A stretch of DNA of 63,143 bases, the filler included, from Dugesia japonica (lineage: Eukaryota), in assembly GCA_001938525.1 (NCBI GenBank). It is 6 parts of 6 records of this genome, joined end to end, with 100 filler letters (N's around TTAATTAATTAA, not from the genome) between each part and the next. Parts side by side here need not be neighbours in the genome. Positions count along the whole stretch, not along the records: positions 18,798 to 28,207 come from MQRL01277058.1; positions 28,308 to 41,275 come from MQRL01483210.1; 4 more parts are not named here. One strand, written 5' to 3'. A program made the position numbers and the translations under genes. Positions 25,709 to 35,208 of the stretch are shown here, in pieces (positions within the stretch are counted from its first letter, which is position 1; every line of letters starts with the position of its first letter). The notes below the pieces were generated by a model. It was not told where the DNA came from. It saw only the letters and a list, made by a program, of their open reading frames with translations, and searched no databases.

Positions 25709-26256
25709 CTAAATTTTGTTGTCTGTCTTTATGGCCTTTATGGTTTTTATATAATCAAATACTTCTTCAAGTGAAATAATAGGATTTTTTATTCTAAAAT
25801 TAAAATAATTAAATATATCATAACAAATTTTTATTTCATCATTTGTCAAAGGTGTTTTTCTTTTATTGGAAACATATCTATTTAAAACTTTAATATATTT
25901 AGGCTTATTAAATGGATCAATAGGATTATTTCTTTTTTCTTCAATATACATTTTTATTTCGGAAACACCACTTTTTAAACTTACAAAATTATAAATATCT
26001 TCAAGATTTTCTTCAATATCACCAGATTGATAAATAATATTAAATCTTTTTTCATCAACATATTTTTTTAAAACATTAATATTTTTTTTTGAATTTATAA
26101 ATTTAAAAATATTTATAAAATTTTTAATATCAATATAATCAATATAACTAAGATCTTTTTTTTTTCTTCAATATACATTTTTATATCCCAAATAGTGTTT
26201 TTATAATTTACAAATTTATAAATATCTTCAAGAGTATAAATGTTTTCAGGTGTCAT
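25709..26256 (-). CDS. Antisense accessory ORF (~180 aa) with an internal repeat and one frameshift in an A10 run
   Basis: ATG at 26256. The frame is restored by one extra A at 26156-26165. LEDIY(K/N)FV...IKMYIEEK occurs twice. Confidence 0.55.
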
Positions 26257-26305
26257 TTTAAGATATTTTTTTTAATCATAGAGATTCAAATCTAATATTT
26301 AAGAA

Positions 26306-26824
26306 ATGAGCGAAGCCCATAAAAGAAGAACCATAAAGGAAGAAAGAAAATGGAATTTATTAGATTTTTTAAAAACATTTGGAATCAACACAACAACAAA
26401 TTTTGATTTATATTCGATCAGTAAATTTTTAAATCTTCCATTAGAGATTTACATGAAAAATGAAAAATTTACACTGACCTCCGGTATGAATTATATTTTT
26501 AATTATCAAAATTCAAATCAAAATGGAACACATTGGGTTGCTTACAGTAAAGGTTATTATTTTGATTCTTTTGGTTTAAAACCTTTAAAAGAAATCTCAG
26601 GTGTAAAAGTTTATAATAAAATTCAAGTGCAACATTTCGGAACTGAAATATGTGGCATTTTATGTATTTATTTTTTATATAAAATTCGACATACCAAATT
26701 TGACATGATAATATCTGAAATGAAAGATTTATATGAAGAGCTACGCGAAGAAACCATAAAGGAAGAAACCATAAAGGAGAAAAATTTAGATATAGAAAAT
26801 AGCAACAAAGGAGAAAATGAATAA
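26306..26824 (+). CDS. Adenain-like cysteine maturation protease
   Basis: GTHWVAY, YFDSFG and QVQHFGTEICGILC supply the His-Asp-Gln-Cys catalytic set of adenovirus/Polinton proteases. Confidence 0.92.
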   Translation: MSEAHKRRTIKEERKWNLLDFLKTFGINTTTNFDLYSISKFLNLPLEIYMKNEKFTLTSGMNYIFNYQNSNQNGTHWVAYSKGYYFDSFGLKPLKEISGVKVYNKIQVQHFGTEICGILCIYFLYKIRHTKFDMIISEMKDLYEELREETIKEETIKEKNLDIENSNKGENE

Positions 26825-28127
26825 GTTTGGTGCTACTGCTGATTCTGGCAATTCAACAGAAATATTAAAAAATGTTAATGCTAAAATAAAAAACTCAGAA
26901 GCTCAGGCTGAAAATAAATATGTAAATGAAACTGGTGATACAATAACATCTTTAAAAATAAAAGAAGATCCCAAGGATCTTTCTGATGCAGTTAATTTAA
27001 AATATATAAAGTCACTTGAAGAAAAATTAGAAAGACATGAAATTATTTTCAATAGATTATTAAAAGTTGATAGTTTTACAGCTAACAAATTATATTTAGA
27101 ATCTAAAATCTCTGAATTAAAAAATTTGAATATCGATATTACAGTTCTGAATTCTAAAATTCAAAAATTAACAAAGAACTGTAATCAGGATACATTTGAC
27201 AATATCAATTCTGACATTAAAAGATTAAAACTTGAACTGTTTCCATATAAAAAAAGTGATTTATTAATTAAATTTAAAATAATAGCTAATGATGCAAATT
27301 TATCTGAAAAATTTAAAAAAGAAATTGATATATTAAAAACAAGAATTAATATTTTACATGATGATATCGACAAGAAAACATTTGACATTTATATAATTTC
27401 TATTAATACAATAAAATCTAATATAGAAAAATATAAACCTATAATTTTAAAATTAACTTCTGAAATTAAAAAAGTAAATGAAGAAGGGCGAGATAAAATA
27501 TATTCTAATAAAATTGATGTTGCATTTAAAAAATATAAAGAAACACTTTCTAATGAAACATTTTCAGATTTAAAAGAATTAATTGATAATCACATACCAT
27601 ATATTGGTGTGAATGGGAGTTATAGTATATTTTTAATTTTCAAATTAATTTTTATAAGATTTAGTATTATGGATAAATATGTTAATGATTTTAGTTTTAA
27701 AAAAAGTTTTTTGGATGATTATCTTGTAAAACCTTTTGAAATTCATTTACATACAAAAGTAAATGAAAAAATTAGTATAAGTATTACTGGTCATTGTAAA
27801 ATTGAAAAATTTACATATGTCATTAGAATTAATAATATTGCAGTGCCATTTTTATATGTAAAACCTGAATCTGGAAATATTAATATTTATCGTGAAAGTA
27901 CTGAAATTAATAAAGATCTAAATATAAAATATATTGTAATAATTTTACCTGAAAAAATTCATATAAAAGTAATAAGTGTTAATTTATATAAATTAGAAAA
28001 ATTTGAAAAATTAAAAGAAGAATATAAAAATAAAAAGTTTCATAAGTTACATGTTGACAGAATTAATGTTTATTTTAAAACTTATAATTTAAAAGCTTTA
28101 ATAGAAATGTTTGATAATGACAAATAA
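26817..28127 (+). CDS. Putative fibre/attachment-like protein
   Basis: 436-aa intact ORF overlapping the protease stop. The N-terminal KYVNETGDTIT...DPKDLSDAVNLKYI resembles viral fibre anchor repeats (GDTMTG, DAATKKYV) and is followed by a coiled-coil-like region. Confidence 0.5.
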   Translation: MNKFGATADSGNSTEILKNVNAKIKNSEAQAENKYVNETGDTITSLKIKEDPKDLSDAVNLKYIKSLEEKLERHEIIFNRLLKVDSFTANKLYLESKISELKNLNIDITVLNSKIQKLTKNCNQDTFDNINSDIKRLKLELFPYKKSDLLIKFKIIANDANLSEKFKKEIDILKTRINILHDDIDKKTFDIYIISINTIKSNIEKYKPIILKLTSEIKKVNEEGRDKIYSNKIDVAFKKYKETLSNETFSDLKELIDNHIPYIGVNGSYSIFLIFKLIFIRFSIMDKYVNDFSFKKSFLDDYLVKPFEIHLHTKVNEKISISITGHCKIEKFTYVIRINNIAVPFLYVKPESGNINIYRESTEINKDLNIKYIVIILPEKIHIKVISVNLYKLEKFEKLKEEYKNKKFHKLHVDRINVYFKTYNLKALIEMFDNDK

Positions 28128-28307
28128 TATGTTTATTTAGAAAATAACAATTCAATATTAACACTGCTGGCTGCGAATCAAACACTGAATGATAAATTTC
28201 ACATTAGNNNNNNNNNNNNNNNNNNNNNNNNNNNNNNNNNNNNNNNNNNNNTTAATTAATTAANNNNNNNNNNNNNNNNNNNNNNNNNNNNNNNNNNNNN
28301 NNNNNNN

Positions 28308-28376
<69 letters not shown>
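28308..28376. repeat. (TTA)n microsatellite
   Basis: Perfect trinucleotide run at the contig start. Similar (AAT)n runs at ~30604-30630 and ~44244-44296. Confidence 0.95.
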
Positions 28377-28998
28377 GTGCAATTAAGTTCATTTAATGCT
28401 CTAAAATTAACCATAATTTGTGCCGGTCAAAGTGGCGACAATACGAGAACATTTGCATTTTCATTAATAAACAATGTTGCTATGTCCAAGGCAATAATGT
28501 CATTCATATTCAACTTTCAGGTGGATTATTAAGTCTGTAAATATTTACAAATGGAATACTTATAAAAATACTTAAATGAACATGGTGACATCCGATACTA
28601 AAAAACGAAACGACTCGTATCTATGCTCGATATGTGATCCTGGACAAATAATGAAAGATGATGGTTAAAAATACAAGTGCTCTTTAATTTTTAGCTTTAA
28701 CGGTAATTCATCTAATAAAATAAAGTACACAAAAAAATAAATATTATTCATTTGAACTCGATTGATTTCAAACGTTTTGGTTGCTGTATTGATAATTTCA
28801 AATTTTCAATTAGAAAATTTTTACTAGTTAGTTAATTTTCTGATTGATTAAATAAATTGATTGATATTTTCTTAATCATTTTTATTTGAAAACTGTCAAT
28901 TATAATCGATACTATTTACAATTTGAAAGTAGTTTTTTACTATTGTATTCTGTGAAACATTGTAATTGGATACTTGTGATATTTATCATACGTTATTA

Positions 28999-29614
28999 TT
29001 AATTGATATTATTTTCAAATCGGTGAAAATTGTTTTTTTCTTAAAGATATGTATTTATTTAGAAACAAATTGATTTTGATAAAATTATTGATTAATAATA
29101 ATATTTAATACCGCTTTCGTCCTTGATTTGAAATTGAAAATCATCGGATTTGATTTTACAATTTTCCAATTGATTTGAATTATTATTTGATGTATTGAAA
29201 TTGATTTTTGGAGCAAATGAAATCGGGAAATTCGGTAATCCGTTGAGTTTATTTTGAGAATCGGAATCTGTAAATATAATTGTTTAATAATATTATTATT
29301 GAATTTACAGATTTTTGCAATTAACTTGTTTTACTGTTGATCATATCTTTCATGAAATACTGAGGAATGGCTTGATTGATCCAATCCAATGTTGATGATT
29401 GGAGAAATGCTGCATTATTTGGAAATCGTAAAGAAGAAATAAAGTTTTGTTCGGAATTAACAATACGAGGCAATCGATATCGAGAAAAACCGACCAAATT
29501 GTTGAACATTGCAGGAAATCCTGGAACGAATGGTTCATAACAATTCGATGTTCGAGTTGAATTTGTCGGTGATGGTAATTGTCCGATATATTTGTTTTCA
29601 ATTGATAAATCCAT
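28999..29614 (-). CDS. Putative 3-exon host gene of unknown function (exons ~29614-29335/29326, 29267-29112, 29039-28999)
   Basis: The 97-aa ORF continues in phase through GT-AG introns of ~60-70 bp (NSDSQNKLNGLPNFPISFAPK...; EKNNFHRFENNIN*). No recognisable domain. Confidence 0.45.
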
Positions 29615-31118
29615 TTGTAATCATGAGATAATAAATAAATCAAAGTTAATTTCAATAATTAGCATTCATTTTATTATTAAACACAAACCAATCACATTTG
29701 ACTTGTTAAAATTATCAGACAATTAAAAACGCTCTCGATTTTTATTGGTTAATGTTTTATTTCTCTGAGATGTTATCGCATGTAAATTGTTGTTTTTATG
29801 TTTGCTTGTTAGTTTGTGTTTCGAAACTACTCTAATTCCTCAAAATAAATAATCTCACATTTTTTTGTTAATTTTTATAATTCAGTATTTTTATGTTTAT
29901 ATTTGTTTGCTGCACCCATTATCAATTCGATTTGATTTTAGTTTTGTTACATTATATTTGAGTATTTTTCACTGTTAGTTTAATTATCACATTAATCAAT
30001 GAAATTTAACTATGTAAATAAATGTGTAAATTTGTTTTGAATTTTCATTGATAATGTAACAGATTTTTTCCAAAAAATTAGTTATAATATTTACAAAGTT
30101 TAAATTAAAATTAAAAAAATATTTCAGTAAAGAATGAATTTATTAAACTTTATTATATTNNNNNNNNNNNNNNNNNNNNNTTATTAATATTTGCAAATCA
30201 AAGGAGACTTTTCAAAGCTGAATTTTTCCATACACTAAAGAGAATAATCTTTATTTAAAATGACAATCAATTTACTGTCATCATTAACCAGTTACCAGTG
30301 TCCACTTCAGAACTTTTAGCGTTTTTTGTATTACACCAAATCGTTAATTTTGAAAAGAAAATTCATAGTAATTATATACAAAACTTTACACCATATTTAA
30401 ATTTTAATTTAAAACTAAATTTAGGATCTTTTTATTAGAAAATGTTTCCATTAATAAAATTAAACAACAATGAACTCTTTGATCCATCTCTCTGTTACTG
30501 TTATACAGCTATTTTTGTTGTTTAAGGCAAAACTTTTCTATTGCTTAGAGCACTGAATTGTCGACAACTTTGGATACGTTTGAAGTGTAAAAAATAATTT
30601 CTTTAATAATAATAATAATAATAATAATAAATCTTCGGAATATTGGACAAATCTCTTCACCGTCGAACTAAATGAAAAATATCCTACAAAGCAAAACAAA
30701 TTAATCAACAAATAATTAAATTATACAGAAATACTACCTATTTTTCCAGAAGGTTTACAGCAATTTGTGGCAAATTGTTGGAATTTTCGTCCAAAAACAG
30801 CCAATGGAATATCGATCTGAAAAGAAAATTAGTATAAAAAGGACAAAAAACATACGAAATTTACCCTTAACAATCTTGTCATTTGAGATAACAATCCAAT
30901 CATTGAAATAAATTGTTATCCAAGTAGAAGAAACATCGATGGAGCACAGAAAACGAGGCAGACCACGTGTCGAAACCAGTTATGATCAAAACGGAACACA
31001 AATTAAACCGACAGAATATCAACTCAAAACAAAATAATTAGAAGCCAAAACATCTCACCTGAACAGATTATCACAATAATTGGGTCAACAATCAAAATAC
31101 AAACATGTCAACGGATCA

Positions 31119-31510
31119 TTATCGACTAATAAAATTGGAAAAGATCTCACCAAAATACTTTGTCCAGAAAAACGATCTTGAACCGGCAAATTAGAAACAC
31201 CTTCTGAAGTAGAAAATTTATCACAAGTAATTAAACCGATTTTAATAAAAATACCATCGACGAAATAAAGATGTGCTATTAAACCACGAGTAGAGAATGA
31301 AAGTGTTGTATGCGAGTTATGGCGGGTTGGAATTACAAAAGGCAGAGCAGTAACCATAGCGTTTCTACTTCACCAGGCTATATACACATTGTAAAAAGAT
31401 AAACCAGCCAAATTCCCAGATGGAGGACAGTTCCGCATGACAGGAATTATATAGAGAACAATTGAACCATGGATTCATCAACAGGGTGGATTGTCAGCAT
31501 TCATTAAATC
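31119..31510 (+). pseudogene. Bcl-2-family-like domain (BH1 and BH2 motifs)
   Basis: One frame with in-frame stops. ESVVCELWRVGITKGRAVTIAFLL (31299-31370) versus Bcl-xL BH1 EQVVNELFRDGVNWGRIVAFF. RTIEPWIHQQGGLSAFIK (31455-31508) versus BH2 HLEPWIQENGGWDTFV. Confidence 0.7.
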
Positions 31511-31634
31511 AATGTTACCACAGAATTGTAATCAAACAGACCTTTCAGCGAAAGTAAAAAGAGTGTTAAAAAATTTGTTAAAAAGTATTACAGGTTCAAT
31601 GTCATAAAAACGAGGTAGATCAAATACAGGATCT

Positions 31635-33600
31635 ATGTTGCCGATTTTAATCATGCTAATGTTGTTAATATTACCAGGGACACAATGAATGGTAGCGTTC
31701 GATGGCGATGAGATGGACTTTGGAGAGAAAGTTTACTCCTTAGTAGATACAGAAGAGTGTTCTGATGCGAACCCAGAACAGTTTGAGTCTATAAAAACTA
31801 TTCGGTCTATCAAATATATCAGGAATGCGATTATTATCAAGCTATGGTAGAAGAGTGTATAGTAACAGTAGCCACCTTCGTATTTAATTGTGGATATAAA
31901 AGTTGGTAATCTGTAATTGATCCAGGATTAAAAAAGAAACCAGTATTATTAACTAGACAAAAATGCAAGCAAGGATTTGTGTTTCTAAAGATAGACTTAA
32001 AAACAGGCGTCACGGTGAAAACTAAAAGGGATTTGTAACTAGTCAAAAGTTAATCACAGTTGAATCAATATCACCAGTAGACAACGAGTATTATATACGA
32101 TACGGATTCATATACGATAGATGGTATAGTAGCAAAAAATGTGGTAGTAATAGAAAGTTACACTGTGGAATTAAAAGAATTTAAAGCACTATTCGATGTA
32201 GATGGCTTAACAATGAAAACTCAACCAGCGTGTAGAGCGTCAGACAAATCATGTAGTTCAGGAATATCGACACTTGTATACGATGTATAGCTAAAAAAAT
32301 GTAAAATGATCTTTTTAAAGAAGTTAATATTCAACGAATATCAAGGAAAGCGTTATCAGGAACCAACAGAAAATTTAGAATCGTTTACTGAGAGTAAAAA
32401 AGCAGGTAAAGCCGCCGAGGAAGGACCACAAGGATTAGAAATGAAATGGATGGACACACTAATTTTATTGATTTTAGTTAGCAAAAAAGATGGAATCAGA
32501 TTAATAAAAAATAAAGCAATATAAAAATGGGAAGGCATCGTATATAAAACAAATTATAAAGGCCTACATATCTTGGAACGAAAGTTAGCAGGAGCACAGC
32601 ATATCATTGGGAACGAAGATATAAAACTACATCTGTATATTAATAATAAAATGGATTTCCTGTATCACAGAGACAAGGCTCTGTAGAAAAGATGTATCAC
32701 GATTTGGTACATAATGACTGTATATTAAATCAAGAATTGTTAAAAACAAAACTATCAATAGCAATAAAAAATCCTGATAATGTAGCACCACTACTTCCTT
32801 TCGGTAAAGGACAATTTGCCAGAAAAGTGGGAGAAGTCATGTACATTTATCCGTGCAAAGAAATGTCAGCCATAATGACTCCAAGACCGAAAGACAGAGA
32901 AACATGTTATAACGAACTAGAAAATTGGTATATAAACAAAACAAGATACGTGCAACCTGTCACAAGAATAATATCACCGATGGACTATATTCCAAATCAA
33001 ATAAACTAATTTAATATTTTAGGACCAATGTATGTAATGCCAAATGAAAAATGAATCAGATTTCAGTATAGATCCACATGGGATCCGAAACCTCAAAAAT
33101 TTCTCTTTGATCAAATTGAACGGCGGGGAAAGATTTGAATCTCTAAACGTAGCAGAAAATGGAATTTATAGCTCGGACGATTTAGCCAGAGCTCGTGAGC
33201 ATATGCTCTTCCCAGTAAAAAGAATGCAAATATTATCAAAAATAGTACAGATAGCTAACGGAACGTTATGCAATAGAAGACCTAATTACGATCTATTATT
33301 ATCACCAGATCACTTTCAACAAGCAACTCACAACGTTATGAAAAAGTTGTGGGATAAATTCATAATATTTGGCTAAGTAATGGTAGGGTTATTAAGAATT
33401 ATATTAATTATATATATCGTGAAAGTAGTCATCACACAAATGTTTGCTTGTTTCGATATATACGGGAGAGAAAAACGAATAAATTAGAAATTAATGACAG
33501 GAATATTTCCGTTCTGAGCAAAGACAGTTGTACTAAACAGCCACACAAAAGATATCTATCAAATAAAGAAATTCCTCAAGAAAATGAGTAAAAGACATGG
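31635..33600 (+). pseudogene. env: Chuvirus-like (class III, gB-related) envelope glycoprotein
   Basis: Signal peptide MLPILIMLMLLILPG, then AFD..YSLVDTEEC, FNCGYKSW, MYHDLVHNDCILNQELLKTKLSIAIKNPD, GEVMYIYPC, CYNEL..PVTRII, GIYSSDDLARAREHMLFP and a TM helix at ~33378-33450. Collinear with chuviral glycoprotein motifs. Confidence 0.82.
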
Positions 33601-34310
33601 AACAGATCAGGAAATTGGAGCACAAATCAGACAACTATGCATCGAATATCATACTTAAAATCACTACAAAATCAGCTACAACTAAAATGGAATGATATTA
33701 CCAGCAGTGAAAGCAATGAATCGGAAGGAAATATTTAATCAACAAGTTATTACAGAGAAAAAGCTCCAGATTACGATGAAGTTGTACGAAAAGACAGATA
33801 ACAAGAGAAAAGAAAAGCCAAAAGGAAATAAAAATTAACAAAGTTGAAAAATCATTCAAAGCCATATATCAAAGAAATGCACAAACATACACAAAAAGCA
33901 TTCAAAGCCATATATCAAAGAAATGTACAAACATAAAATCTAGGAAATCCGCAAGTAACCAATGCATGGGTAATATGTAATGACGGATTATATTATCCAA
34001 TGGAAGATCCAACACAACTGAGACGAATACCTAGATTATATGATTTTTTAAATCTACCACTATACCCAAATTGGACTATGCCAAGAATGCATTATCACCA
34101 GGTCAAACAATATAGCAACCAATAAATTTACCAATGCCACAGAAAATGGAACCAATAGTACAGCGAAACATTATGAGCTCAAGAAATTCCATGATACTAC
34201 AAGACAATACACAATCACCAGTACGAAACCGACAGCCACTAACAATGCAGAGCAGTCAAGAGTTAGAAGCAAAAACAGTCTGTACAGGAACAACAGCAGA
34301 AGGAAGTGCT

Positions 34311-34630
34311 TTACTAATGAAAGTAAAATTTAATGACATAGAACTAACATAGCCGATCAACACAGCAGCAAGTATATCGATGATACATCCATATGCACTC
34401 CCACTACAGACACACGGACCAATGCAAGGAACGAAATTTAGGATCAGTAGTCTGGACGGATGAGTTATCTAACCGCTCGGACAGATAAACTGCTCAATCC
34501 ACAGAGAAAACGCACCAAAAATTCGACACACATTAACTGTAATGGGTAGATTAGCCTACAGTTGTATCTTGGGATTGGATTTACTGCTGCAAGTGCTAGA
34601 TAACGGTATAATTAACTTAAATCAATTAGG
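34311..34630 (+). pseudogene. Retropepsin-like aspartic protease, copy 1
   Basis: LLMKVKFNDIELT*PINTAASISMI...ISSLDG...PLGQI...SCILGLDLL. Catalytic DTG reads NTA here. Confidence 0.7.
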
Positions 34631-34691
34631 AATATTCAAGGAATCGAATGAAAATAATAAACCACCAAAAGTTACTCAACAAGTTACACCT

Positions 34692-34853
34692 TGTGCAATA
34701 TGCGGAGTAAAAAGACATAACGCATTACAATGTCAATTGTCGAAATCTAAATGCCATTCCTGCGGAAGAATCGGTCACATAGAAAAAATATGCTTAGCAA
34801 AATCATCATGATGTTACAAGTGTGGAATAAGAGGTCATAAGGAAAAAGAATGT
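34692..34853 (+). pseudogene. Three CCHC zinc knuckles (nucleocapsid)
   Basis: CAICGVKRHNALQC, CHSCGRIGHIEKIC and CYKCGIRGHKEKEC, each C-x2-C-x4-H-x4-C. Confidence 0.92.
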
Positions 34854-35208
34854 TTCAGAAATGCAGTTCTAAGTCAACTTTGGCTTGGAGAATAAGCTAG
34901 TAGAGATAACTTCATGATAAACGAATCAACAGAAACTATAACAAAAGGATTCGAGGGAGAAAAATACCAACTGCAACTTACAACAGTGGTAAAATTCATG
35001 ATGGCATAAAAAAATGCCACCACCAATGTCAAATTTAGCCGGAAAATGGGAGAATTTCAAACTCAACAGAATACACGGAAATCCATTGAATGATTACGAG
35101 GATATCGACCAAATTCATTTAGAAGAATACGAAAATTTAGATAAAATACAAGCAGGCCGAGGCATCAAAGAGAAAGTCTTTTATGCATTCCGTCCAGGCG
35201 GACCACGA

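Larger units (their letters stand above)
18814..28207 (+). mobile_element. Polinton/Maverick (adintovirus-like) element, left arm with intact ORFs, truncated by contig end
   Basis: AGT-starting terminus after (TA)n, subterminal repeats, then tightly packed pPolB, core-like, minor capsid and adenain genes. Confidence 0.93.

Noticed and set aside
22095-27388. Short minus-strand ORFs inside the Polinton genes (22095, 22971, 23462, 24207, 24702, 25061, 26903, 27185)
   Set aside because: Antisense shadows of long A-rich sense ORFs with no motifs. The His-rich one mirrors the GAT/GAA acidic repeat.
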